Part shown: positions 24,124-33,015 of the stretch, in pieces | How positions within the stretch are numbered: the first letter of the stretch is position 1 | Layout: each line of letters starts with the position of its first letter | Assembly: GCA_902761035.1 (NCBI GenBank) | Contig: CACWIW010000015.1 | Coordinates: forward strand, 1,586 to 65,585 | Origin: an uncultured bacterium | GTDB lineage: Bacteria > Verrucomicrobiota > Kiritimatiellia > RFP12 > UBA1067 | DNA length: 64,000 nucleotides | Reading direction: 5' to 3' | Position numbers and translations under genes: made by a program | The notes under the pieces: generated by a model | Database searches by the model: none | What the model was told of the DNA's origin: nothing | Seen by the model: the letters and a program-made list of their open reading frames with translations, nothing else

Positions 24124-27030
24124 ATGAAGTCCATCAATGTAAGCATAATCATTACTGGCCCCGATAAGTTCGCTGTTGCGGCGGCTGAAGCGGGACTTTC
24201 GGCTCAGACGCTTCGCCCCTGTCAGGTTCAATCGTTTGTGGCTCCCATGCCAGATGAGTTGCGAAATGCCATTTCCAGTCTTGCAGGGGACTATGTGTAT
24301 GTAATGAGATCTTCAAGCAAATTTCTAACCGACTATTCGCTTGAAAGAAAGGTGCTTGAGAAAGTTCTCCATCCTGTGGAGCCGAGGAAGCAGAGGTTGG
24401 TGCCGTCTGGCTTCTGGGATGTTGTTCTCACACGGGAGGAACTTCCGATAGATGCCGCAGAAATTCTGGCGTGGCCTGAGGATGTCCCGTCAGAGGTACA
24501 ACCGACACCGCTTGATGACAGAATGAAGCGGCGACTTGCTGGTGTCGCTAAAAGCTTGTGGGCATTGGATATGCTACCAGAGTCAGGGCGTTTCTTCCAA
24601 CTCGTCGGGCGCCTTTCCGAACTGTATCGTGATGACGAATCCCGCCGTTTTCTATGTGCGATGCTTCATGTTGCAGATTATTTCAATCGGCGGGAATTCT
24701 TGAATGACAAGGATTGGCTGTCGATGCGCGAATCATTGGATGAGTTGCATAACCTTGCATGGGAGAATGTACAGGTGCCGGAGATACGCGTTTCTGAAAC
24801 ACGTGTCAAGTGTCCATCCGAATCTCCAGACATCACGTATATCGTGCCAGTTCACGATGTGGCTCAGTATTTGCCTAGATGTCTTGAGTCGTTGCGGCGG
24901 CAGATATTGTCCAATCTTGAGATAATCTGCATAGATGACGGCTCTACAGATGCGTCGCCGATGATCTTGGACGCATTTGCGGCGAGAGATGAGCGTATTC
25001 GTGTTGTTCATAAGGAGAATGAAGGTGTAGGTGCAGCGCGAAATCTAGCCTTGAGCATGGCGAGGGGCAAGTTTGTGTCATTTGTCGATGGAGACGATTG
25101 GATTTCCGTTGAAACGGCTGCCACCGCAGTTGCGGTTGCAGAATGCAATAGGCTTGATTTCTGCTCATACGATATTGCCGCTTTCAATCACAAGACGAGG
25201 GCTAACATCCCGATCTACTGGTCGTTGGCGAATCAGGCGAGACGGATGTCTGTGGGCAAGGTATTGGACATGTCGGCTCTTCAGTATCTTATGATTCATG
25301 CGTCGGCGTGTTTGGCAGTTTACCGCAAATCGTTTTTGGATTCGGTCGGGTTTCGTTTCGCTAATCTCAAACTGGGAGAAGACCTAACATTTACAATGAC
25401 AATTTGGCCGCAGGCCAGGCAGTTCATGCTGCTCAACCGTCCTTTTTATCATTACCGTCGAGGTCAACCAGGGTCTGCCGTGTCCAGATTGACTGCCGGT
25501 GTGGCATCGAGATCGGCGGATGATGCGCAGATTGCAATGATGGAAGCGCTGCTTAGGCTTTATCGTGAAGTCTATAAGAAAAACTATTCTGACAAAGTTC
25601 AGGAGCTCTTTCGAGGCCGCATTCTTGCCGACATCTTGTTTTACGCTGAAAAAAACCCAGCGGTTCGCAAATGGTTGGCGGATGGTGGTTGGGCCGGTTT
25701 CGATTTTGATCTTGTAGAGGAACCGAATCTAGGAGAGAAGGGGTTCTATGTCCGATGGGAGAAGATGCGAAACCGGATCTTCAGCAACGAGCGCGAATAT
25801 GATGTTGTCTGTGAGGACGTATTCCCGCATGCCTTGAAAGTCGCCGTTGCTAAGATCGAGCGCCGCCGCAAGACCTCTACTAAAGATCTTTATATCGTCA
25901 CAGGACAGTTAAATTCTCGGACTAATGAACCTATTGATTCGTGGACATTTTTCAAGTGGCTTCAGAAGCAAGGGGTGCCCTCGCGCTATGTCATCTGGAA
26001 AGAACATGCTTGGTATGCCAAGATGCGTGACGCAGGCGAGTTGAAGGATGTCATCGTGATGAATGGCGATGGAGTTGGAGACTATGAGTTTGTGGCCAAA
26101 TGTTCTGAGCCGCTGATCCGGGCGCGGGCCGTTGTACAAGAAAATGCGGCACTGAACAGCTGTGTGAGGAGTTGGCTAAAAGAGTTGCCTGATTGCAGTT
26201 ATGTTTTCTTGCAACACGGAGTGTTTTACACTTGGTTTACGTCTGTGGTGGCAAAAACACTTTCGCTTTTCAACTTCACCAATGTGGCATCTGAGCGCGA
26301 ACGCGAATTCATTCTTGAACGTACGCCTAAAGAGATAGAATTGACCAATGATAATTTCATCATTGCAGGTTTGCCGCGTTGGGATCTGTTGGAGGATTTG
26401 TCGCGTGCAGATCAATCGGCGAACGTCATCTTTGTGATGTTGACTTGGCGCATGTCATTGGGGTTGGGCGTTGATCGTTTGGAGAGATCTGCCTACTATC
26501 ATCGTCTCAAGGATTTTCTGTCTGCCGATAATGTGAAACGGCTTGCGGATCTTGGAGTTCGCATAGTGCTGGCACCGCACCACCATTTGGCCAACAAGGT
26601 GAAAGATCTCGATTTTGGATTGCCGGTTGAAATCGCTCCCCCGGAAAATGTTTCGTACTGGATCAGACATGCGAAAATGCTAGTGACGGATTTCTCTAGC
26701 GTGTCAATTGATTTTCTGTTTCAGGGGAAGCCAACCGTCTATTGGATGCTTGATCATGACGACTTGTTACTTGATCGGGCCAACACTAACGATGGCGCGA
26801 AGGTTGTCAGTGCATTGAAGGAAGTGCGAGGGCTGTTCAATCAAGTGTTCAAGGTGTCTGAAGTAATGGGGTTGATTGAGCATTATGCGAAGAATGGATT
26901 TGTGCTTGAGCCGGAAAAGAAGGCTATCGCAGAGACGTTTTTTGCCCACAAAACGGATGTTTGCAGACATCTATACGAGGGGTTAGAGGCTGTTGCCGCA
27001 AAGAGTGAGGCGAAGGAGGTGCAGGTGTGA
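24124..27030 (+). CDS. Fusion of a degenerate N-terminal domain, a GT2 domain, and a CDP-glycerol/ribitol-type glycerophosphotransferase (TagB/TagF family)
   Basis: ATG 24124 follows GAGGAGA (the ORF opens at 24082). GT2 from ~24832: ITYIVPVHDVAQYLPRCLESLRRQILSNLEIICIDDGSTDAS. TagF-like C-terminal part at ~25880-26950: IVLAPHHHL and MLVTDFSSVSIDFLFQGKPTVYWMLD. Confidence 0.85.
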   Translation: MKSINVSIIITGPDKFAVAAAEAGLSAQTLRPCQVQSFVAPMPDELRNAISSLAGDYVYVMRSSSKFLTDYSLERKVLEKVLHPVEPRKQRLVPSGFWDVVLTREELPIDAAEILAWPEDVPSEVQPTPLDDRMKRRLAGVAKSLWALDMLPESGRFFQLVGRLSELYRDDESRRFLCAMLHVADYFNRREFLNDKDWLSMRESLDELHNLAWENVQVPEIRVSETRVKCPSESPDITYIVPVHDVAQYLPRCLESLRRQILSNLEIICIDDGSTDASPMILDAFAARDERIRVVHKENEGVGAARNLALSMARGKFVSFVDGDDWISVETAATAVAVAECNRLDFCSYDIAAFNHKTRANIPIYWSLANQARRMSVGKVLDMSALQYLMIHASACLAVYRKSFLDSVGFRFANLKLGEDLTFTMTIWPQARQFMLLNRPFYHYRRGQPGSAVSRLTAGVASRSADDAQIAMMEALLRLYREVYKKNYSDKVQELFRGRILADILFYAEKNPAVRKWLADGGWAGFDFDLVEEPNLGEKGFYVRWEKMRNRIFSNEREYDVVCEDVFPHALKVAVAKIERRRKTSTKDLYIVTGQLNSRTNEPIDSWTFFKWLQKQGVPSRYVIWKEHAWYAKMRDAGELKDVIVMNGDGVGDYEFVAKCSEPLIRARAVVQENAALNSCVRSWLKELPDCSYVFLQHGVFYTWFTSVVAKTLSLFNFTNVASEREREFILERTPKEIELTNDNFIIAGLPRWDLLEDLSRADQSANVIFVMLTWRMSLGLGVDRLERSAYYHRLKDFLSADNVKRLADLGVRIVLAPHHHLANKVKDLDFGLPVEIAPPENVSYWIRHAKMLVTDFSSVSIDFLFQGKPTVYWMLDHDDLLLDRANTNDGAKVVSALKEVRGLFNQVFKVSEVMGLIEHYAKNGFVLEPEKKAIAETFFAHKTDVCRHLYEGLEAVAAKSEAKEVQV

Positions 27031-27449
27031 CGTTCATCAAGTTCAGGAAAGATGACAGGCACAGGTTTAAGTATCTGTTGCCTTATGGTTATATGCGTCG
27101 GCATCTTGCCAAGGCCTATGGATTCAAGGTGGAGAATGGCGATTTTGTCAAGGCAAGGATACTGGAGGCCGACGTAAAAGGCTTCCATCTGATTGACCTC
27201 CTGCCACTGGGGATCGTCATGGCTTTGCAAAGATGTTCTGGGGGCAGCCCACATCGGACAGGTCCTTTAGAGGCGAAGATGGATATGCTTCGCAAAGATG
27301 TTGAACTTCTGAGGCGGCAGTTCGCGGCGTATAGGGCGAATTCAGAGCGCGAGATTGAACGGCTCAGTGTGGAATGCATGAGGCTGCAGTTGTTTAATGA
27401 GCAGAAGTGCCTGAATGAATGCCATACGAGTGGCGAAGAGAAGGATTAA
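27027..27449 (+). CDS. Hypothetical 140-aa protein with C-terminal coiled-coil segment
   Basis: GTG 27027 lies 7 nt after AGGAGG (27014-27019) and overlaps the upstream stop (GTGTGA). I recognise no domain. The C-terminal part is heptad-like (KMDMLRKDVELLRRQFAAYRANSEREIERL). Confidence 0.55.
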   Translation: MTFIKFRKDDRHRFKYLLPYGYMRRHLAKAYGFKVENGDFVKARILEADVKGFHLIDLLPLGIVMALQRCSGGSPHRTGPLEAKMDMLRKDVELLRRQFAAYRANSEREIERLSVECMRLQLFNEQKCLNECHTSGEEKD

Positions 27450-27462
27450 AAACAGGATTATT

Positions 27463-28992
27463 ATGATTGGGAAAAGCATCTCAATGTTTCTTGTGAATGC
27501 AGTCCTGTGTGTTGCGGTTGCATTCTCTGTTGCAATGTTGGCGGCTACTGTTTGCACCACGAGCGGGGCATCGTTCGCAGACGGTGCGCTGCCGTTCTCG
27601 CTCTTGATTGCCACCCTGTGGATGGCATTTGAATATTCAGGTCGTGCGAATAGTTTCGTTTATCGGAATGAGATATGGATTTTGATGGTCATTGTACTTC
27701 TCTCTTTTCTCTTTTGTATATCCATCCTGCCGGCGTTGGGACAGAGTTGTTTATATGCTCCATGGGATCCTAAAACCGCGCTTGAGTGTATGGGCAAGGG
27801 GAAGATAGTCATAACTCATGAATTGCGTAATCAGGCATGGGCGAATTACGAGGTTTTTTTGTCGTTGCTTTCAATTGTCTTTGGAGGTACGTTGTCGGTC
27901 GCTCAGACGGCAAATGCGATTGCCCATACTGTCGTTTTGTATCCGATTTTCGTTTTGTCAGAACGAATTTGCGGGAGGCGGATGGCGCGGTTGGTAGTAC
28001 TGCTTGCGGCATTCTTGCCTTCTGTGTATTTCTATGCCTTTGTTTTGAACAGTGAGAACATCTCATCTTGCCTTATCATGTTTGCGGGATATTTCGTTTT
28101 GACGGCTTTCAGGGGGGAATCAACGTTAGGGCCTGCTTTGTCGCAAGCCTTCTTCGCGGGGTTCTTTCTTGGCGTGTCTCATTTGTTCAAGGGAATCACT
28201 GTGGTTTTTGTGACAGCGCTGTTCGGGATTGCAGCCATCGCATGTTTTCGATTGACGGCCAAGGCGTTTGTCGTGAAAGTTGTGTTTTTTGTCCTGTTGA
28301 TGATCCCCATGTACATGGGAACCAAATATGTTGCTCAGAAGACGGTCTCACTTCTTGCCGACAAGTCCGAATTGTGTACGGCAGTAGCCGAATCGTCCCC
28401 TCTTCTTTATGAGCTTACGCTTGGTTTTAACATTGCGAGTATGGGGCATTACAATCATCGTTTGTGCCAGCAGTTCCTGAAGTTGTCGGAAGAAGAGCGA
28501 TGGTCGTTCTTCAAGAATAGAGTAAAAAATGATTGGCGCAAATATCCTGAGTTTATGGTGGGTAAGTTTACACGAATACATGGCGCCCCCACGCAACAAG
28601 CTGGGAGCAGTACCTATTTCTCCTGGACGTTCATTGATTCTAATGGGAAAAATCGAACACCGGCGTTCTTGCTTGAATGGGGGGATGCCGGGTCCCTTGT
28701 CTTCAAATTCCTGTTCATAATGGCGGTATTGGGGACATGTCTTTGCCGATGGCGCTCACTCGAATATCTAATTCCCGGACTTTTCTCTCTTATAGTCATT
28801 CTGTTGTTTGCTGGGATACAGCAGTTGATTGAAAGCAATGGGCGGTATAAAATCAGCATCTATCCTTTTTACTTCATGGTACTCCCATACATGTGCGTGT
28901 GGTTTGAAAGAGACAATCCAGTATATGTTCGCCTGTCGAGATGGGTTGGAGCATTGAAGTTCAGGCCGAGAAGGGTTGAAAATGTGTGCTAA
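27463..28992 (+). CDS. Polytopic inner-membrane protein (~12 TM); candidate GT-C-fold glycosyltransferase or polymerase
   Basis: ATG 27463 lies 14 nt after the upstream stop (the ORF opens at 27415). Hydrophobic segments run throughout the protein. It sits in an Und-P-sugar module, in the position of ArnT/GtrC-type enzymes. The functional call rests on context only. Confidence 0.8.
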   Translation: MIGKSISMFLVNAVLCVAVAFSVAMLAATVCTTSGASFADGALPFSLLIATLWMAFEYSGRANSFVYRNEIWILMVIVLLSFLFCISILPALGQSCLYAPWDPKTALECMGKGKIVITHELRNQAWANYEVFLSLLSIVFGGTLSVAQTANAIAHTVVLYPIFVLSERICGRRMARLVVLLAAFLPSVYFYAFVLNSENISSCLIMFAGYFVLTAFRGESTLGPALSQAFFAGFFLGVSHLFKGITVVFVTALFGIAAIACFRLTAKAFVVKVVFFVLLMIPMYMGTKYVAQKTVSLLADKSELCTAVAESSPLLYELTLGFNIASMGHYNHRLCQQFLKLSEEERWSFFKNRVKNDWRKYPEFMVGKFTRIHGAPTQQAGSSTYFSWTFIDSNGKNRTPAFLLEWGDAGSLVFKFLFIMAVLGTCLCRWRSLEYLIPGLFSLIVILLFAGIQQLIESNGRYKISIYPFYFMVLPYMCVWFERDNPVYVRLSRWVGALKFRPRRVENVC

Positions 28993-29191
28993 AGACATTG
29001 CTCACCTTTATCTTGTGGCGAAAGATGCGCTGCGGGTCAAGAATTGGGCGCACGAGACGGTCTTGCGTAATCAGCTGATATCTGCTAAAGATGTGCGGAT
29101 TTACGGATACATCATGGAGTTGGCGGATCTACAGAGTTCTGAGACGTATCGTCTGGGCTGGATGCTGCCCTGGTCGGCTAGAAAACCATAA
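28982..29191 (+). CDS. Small 69-aa protein carrying the coiled-coil/S-x-x-Y-R-L-G tail motif of the neighbouring GT2 enzymes
   Basis: ATG 28982 (TTG 28976 is an alternative start) overlaps the upstream stop by 11 nt. The C-terminus LQSSETYRLGWMLPWSARKP matches the tails at 17573, 22243 and 23992. Confidence 0.5.
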   Translation: MCAKDIAHLYLVAKDALRVKNWAHETVLRNQLISAKDVRIYGYIMELADLQSSETYRLGWMLPWSARKP

Positions 29192-29205
29192 GAGATCATC
29201 TGGGG

Positions 29206-30507
29206 GTGTTGATGAGTGCACAAACAACCTGTGAAATATCAGGAGAATCGGAGGTTACCATCGTGAAAACTAGTGAAGACATGCAAGATGTCATTAAAAA
29301 TAACTGGCAAGGAAGGATTTGTTCGGTTCTTACCTGGTTTGCCATAGGCACACTGCTGTTTTTTGTATCAGTTGCCGCAGTATTGAAGATGGTTGATGTA
29401 AGGATTGACTATCCCACGCATATAAGAATCGCGTCTAGAATTACATGGGAGGGCTTATGTCATCCGATTGCGTTTTTTAAAGGGAACTGTTATCCTGTAT
29501 GGCACATCCTGACATGGGGGACAATGCGCGTGTTCAATTGTGGCGGACGGTTGGCGGCTGCCATTGTGACGGGAGGATGCGTGGTTGGAGTCTGGTCCTG
29601 TGCAGTCTGGTATTTTTTTAGGAAACATCGAGATGTCGAGAAAAGCGTCCTGTGGGCGGCAAGTGTGCTCTTGATGCTGGTCATGCCGATATGGCTTCCA
29701 TTCTTCAATCCGAGCATCGTTGTTGGGCAGGGTGGCCCTAACGTGCTTCACAATCCAACCAATATTATGGTTAGACTTCTGGCCTTTCCCTGTTTTTTGT
29801 GGTATGTGGCGATCATGGATGGGATCGGGAAGGGCTCTGTTTCGCGGATGGGTGCCCTCAAAATTGCCGCGCTGTCTTTATTTGTTCTTTTGACAGCTTT
29901 TGCAAAGCCGAGTTTCGTGCAGATGTTTCTCCCGGCGATGCTTATTCTGTCGATACTCAAGTTAATCGAGTACAAGAAAGCCGCGATTAGGTCCGTTGCC
30001 GACGTTATTCTTTCGTTCGTTCCAGTTTTTTCCCTCATGGCCTTGCAGATGTGGATTTCGTTCTATCACGGCAGAGGTTCGGGGTGCTCAGTAGCTTTCC
30101 TTAAAGTGTGGCGGCATTATAGCCCCAATGTTTTCGTGTCGATGGTTGTGTCGATTCTTTTCCCGGCGATTGTCCTGTTGTGGAGCATTCGGGCCCGGAA
30201 GGTTTCCACTGCTGATGTTCTTACGTGGATCATGTACGGTGTGGCAACCGCACAATATATTCTCCTGATTGAGAAAGGGGGGCGGTGGAGTCATGGGAAT
30301 TTTTCTTGGGCGATGCTTCTAGCGCAGTTCTTCCTGTTCTTCACTTCAATCGATAGGTTTGTATCCTTGGTAAGGGAGGGCGTCAACAAGATCGCCGGGA
30401 CCGAAAGAAAATTATGGTTGGGGTGTGCCTCTGTCGCATGTACTCTTCATCTAGCGTCTGGGCTTTGCTATCTTTGGCGAGTGATAGTTCTGGACATTTG
30501 GCGTTGA
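29206..30507 (+). CDS. Polytopic inner-membrane protein (~10-11 TM); candidate GT-C-fold glycosyltransferase or polymerase
   Basis: The start is GTG 29206 or ATG 29212. The protein is hydrophobic throughout (for example FAIGTLLFFVSVAAVL and LLMLVMPIWLPFF). No soluble domain is apparent. Confidence 0.8.
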   Translation: MLMSAQTTCEISGESEVTIVKTSEDMQDVIKNNWQGRICSVLTWFAIGTLLFFVSVAAVLKMVDVRIDYPTHIRIASRITWEGLCHPIAFFKGNCYPVWHILTWGTMRVFNCGGRLAAAIVTGGCVVGVWSCAVWYFFRKHRDVEKSVLWAASVLLMLVMPIWLPFFNPSIVVGQGGPNVLHNPTNIMVRLLAFPCFLWYVAIMDGIGKGSVSRMGALKIAALSLFVLLTAFAKPSFVQMFLPAMLILSILKLIEYKKAAIRSVADVILSFVPVFSLMALQMWISFYHGRGSGCSVAFLKVWRHYSPNVFVSMVVSILFPAIVLLWSIRARKVSTADVLTWIMYGVATAQYILLIEKGGRWSHGNFSWAMLLAQFFLFFTSIDRFVSLVREGVNKIAGTERKLWLGCASVACTLHLASGLCYLWRVIVLDIWR

Positions 30508-30532
30508 TGTCGCCAGTAAAATATGGTATACT
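30504..30532 (+). promoter_or_regulatory. Sigma70-like promoter candidate with extended -10 (leaderless geometry)
   Basis: TTGATG (30504-30509), a 17-nt spacer, then TGgTATACT (30524-30532). ATG 30539 lies 6 nt after the -10 element, with no Shine-Dalgarno sequence. Confidence 0.45.
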
Positions 30533-30538
30533 ACCGAC

Positions 30539-30931
30539 ATGAATGCAAAAATCATAGCTCATTTTTACTTGGCGGCTACGATTGTGACGTCGGTCTACTC
30601 GCAGATGATAATGAAGTGGCGGATCAGCGGAAGGTTCGCCGGGCTGAAGATACCTGAAGGCATCTGGCCGAAAGTTGTCACGCTTTTCACAGTCCTTTTC
30701 GATCCGTTCGTTTTCAGCGGACTCGTTGCGACGTTCGTGTCGGGACTTTGCTGGATGGCGACGATGAGCAAACTGGAGATCAGTTACGCCTATCCGTTCA
30801 CCAGCTTGGGTTTTGTGCTGGTCGTGATGCTTTCCGGTTTCTTCTTTGGAGAGTCGCTGAACGCTTGGCGCATCTGGGGCGTTCTCCTGATCGTAGCAGG
30901 GATAACCATAGCTAGTCAAGGAGCAAAGTGA
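30539..30931 (+). CDS. Small 4-TM EamA/SMR-like protein; ArnE/ArnF-like Und-P-sugar flippase subunit candidate
   Basis: The 130-aa protein has four hydrophobic helices and ends ...WRIWGVLLIVAGITIASQ, typical of EamA-type half-transporters. It lies immediately upstream of a GtrB/ArnC-like gene. Confidence 0.8.
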   Translation: MNAKIIAHFYLAATIVTSVYSQMIMKWRISGRFAGLKIPEGIWPKVVTLFTVLFDPFVFSGLVATFVSGLCWMATMSKLEISYAYPFTSLGFVLVVMLSGFFFGESLNAWRIWGVLLIVAGITIASQGAK

Positions 30932-31872
30932 TGAAAATATCTTTTGTAATACCATGTTATCGTTCCGAGAAGACGATTGAAGGCGTTGTCTCGGAGATAA
31001 AATCTGTCGTTTCCCAGCGTCCAGAGGTGGAATACGAGATTATAATGGTGAGCGACCATTCGCCGGATGACGTTTATAGCGTTATAGAGCGGTTGTGCCG
31101 CGAAGACCCTGTGCATCTGAAGGGATTGAAGCTGGCGAAAAATTTCGGGCAGCCTGCGGCGCAAATGGCTGGATTCTCTCGGACCACAGGCGACATCGTG
31201 TTTTCAGTGGACGATGACGGACAGGCACCAGTCGATGCTATTTATGATGTGGTGGATTGTCTGCTTAACAATGATAATGACATAGTGTATGGCGTTTACC
31301 AACACAAGAAACACAGTCTCTTTAGGAATTTTGGCAGTTGGGTGAACCATTTGATGGCTGTAGTGCTGATCGGTATTCCCCATGGATTGCATCCCACTAG
31401 TTTTTTTGCCATTAGGCGGTTCGTTGCATCAGAAGTGTTACATTATGATGGGCCATTTCCATATATAAGTGGATTGGTGTTTCGGGTGACACGCAATTTC
31501 GGCACAGTAGTAGTTCAGCACAGAGTGCGGAAAGACGGGGAAAGCGGATATACATTCACAAAATTGATCAAGTTGTGGGTAAATGGATTTACGGCCTTTT
31601 CTGTCAAGCCGCTTCGATTGGCTACAATTTTAGGTCTGCTCTGTGCGGTTGCTGGATTCTCTTTCGGTTTTTGGATTGCGCTTAGAAAGTTGTTACTGAA
31701 TCCTAATGCGCCTGTCGGGTATAGTTCAATCATGAGTGTAGTGCTTTTTATCGGTGGTGTACTCATGTTGATTCTCGGTCTTATTGGCGAATACATTGGT
31801 CGCATATACATAAGCATAAATCGTTCTCCTCAGTTTGTGATATCACAAGAGACCTCAAGGATGGACAAATGA
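30931..31872 (+). CDS. Polyisoprenyl-phosphate glycosyltransferase (GT2, GtrB/ArnC-like, two C-terminal TM helices)
   Basis: ATG 30931 (TGATG overlap with the upstream stop) follows AAGGAG at 30918-30923. Motifs: MKISFVIPCYRSEKTI, FSVDDDGQ, and the C-terminal TM pair with GLIGEYIGRIYISINRSPQFVI. Confidence 0.9.
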   Translation: MKISFVIPCYRSEKTIEGVVSEIKSVVSQRPEVEYEIIMVSDHSPDDVYSVIERLCREDPVHLKGLKLAKNFGQPAAQMAGFSRTTGDIVFSVDDDGQAPVDAIYDVVDCLLNNDNDIVYGVYQHKKHSLFRNFGSWVNHLMAVVLIGIPHGLHPTSFFAIRRFVASEVLHYDGPFPYISGLVFRVTRNFGTVVVQHRVRKDGESGYTFTKLIKLWVNGFTAFSVKPLRLATILGLLCAVAGFSFGFWIALRKLLLNPNAPVGYSSIMSVVLFIGGVLMLILGLIGEYIGRIYISINRSPQFVISQETSRMDK

Positions 31873-33014
31873 AGACTTTGGCAGTGATAGGGGCGGGGTA
31901 TTTACAGTTGCCGCTTGTTACAAAGGCGAAGCAAATGGGTTTACGTGTAATCTGTTTCGCTTGGCCGGAGGGTGCTGTTTGTGCCGAAGTGTGCGATGTT
32001 TTCTATCCAATTTCGATTGTTGACAGGGAAAAGATACTTGAAATCTGTAGGAGCGAGCGAGTGGATGGCGTTACCTCCATTGCATCGGATGTCGCAGTTC
32101 CTACTATATCTTATGTTGCGCAGAAGATGGGATTGGTTGGTAACAGTGTCGAGTCGGCAGCGAAGAGTACTAATAAATATCTGATGCGTCAGGCACTTTG
32201 GGATGCTGGCGTTCCGTGCCCAAAATTCGTTGTCGTCAGTGAAGGTGAGAATGTGTCGTCATGTGTTGACAAGATGTCGTTTCCGCTTGTCGTAAAGCCT
32301 ACCGACCGTTCTGGCAGCATGGGTGTAACAAGAGTCGATCATAATGATGAACTCGGTACGGCAGTTACTACGGCTATATCAGATTCATTCTGCCATAAGG
32401 CAATTGTGGAGGAATGCATTACGGACATGCGTGAGATCAGTGTCGAGGGTATCTCGTGGAATGGTCAGTATCATCTTCTTCAGATTACCGACAAGGTGAC
32501 AACTGGAGCACCCCATTATGTGGAGTTGGCGCATCATCAACCGGGATGCATCTCTGAAGAATTGCGAAATCGTATTGCTGAAATCGTCAGTAGGGGCATT
32601 TCCGCGTTAGACATCCGTTACGGTGCCTCTCATGCCGAACTCATGATTACATCTGATGACCGGGTGTTTGTCACTGAAATCGGCGCACGCATGGGCGGTG
32701 ATTTCATTGGTTCGGATCTTGTTCATCTTTCAACGGGATATGACTTTCTGGAAGGGGTTATCAAATGTGCGCTGGGCGAGTTTGACGGAATACGGTTTGG
32801 TGCGCATTCTCGATTCTCGGGTGTGTGGTTCTATGCTCCGCAAACGCGGTGGGTTCGCGATGTGATCAATGGTCGTACGGCAATGCAGAATGTTGATCTT
32901 GTAAGCTGCGAGTTACAGAGTGAAGATGTTGTGCCATTGACCCGCAGTGCAGACCGTTCGGGATATTTCATTTACAAAAGCGACATTGAGCGCTTTAATC
33001 CAAAAGGAGTCTGA
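31869..33014 (+). CDS. ATP-grasp domain protein (carboxylate-amine ligase type)
   Basis: ATGA overlap with the upstream stop. Motifs: LAVIGAGYLQLPLV, PLVVKPTDRSGSMGV and HAELMITSDDRVFVTEIGARMGGDFI. Confidence 0.85.
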   Translation: MKTLAVIGAGYLQLPLVTKAKQMGLRVICFAWPEGAVCAEVCDVFYPISIVDREKILEICRSERVDGVTSIASDVAVPTISYVAQKMGLVGNSVESAAKSTNKYLMRQALWDAGVPCPKFVVVSEGENVSSCVDKMSFPLVVKPTDRSGSMGVTRVDHNDELGTAVTTAISDSFCHKAIVEECITDMREISVEGISWNGQYHLLQITDKVTTGAPHYVELAHHQPGCISEELRNRIAEIVSRGISALDIRYGASHAELMITSDDRVFVTEIGARMGGDFIGSDLVHLSTGYDFLEGVIKCALGEFDGIRFGAHSRFSGVWFYAPQTRWVRDVINGRTAMQNVDLVSCELQSEDVVPLTRSADRSGYFIYKSDIERFNPKGV

Positions 33015-33015
33015 A

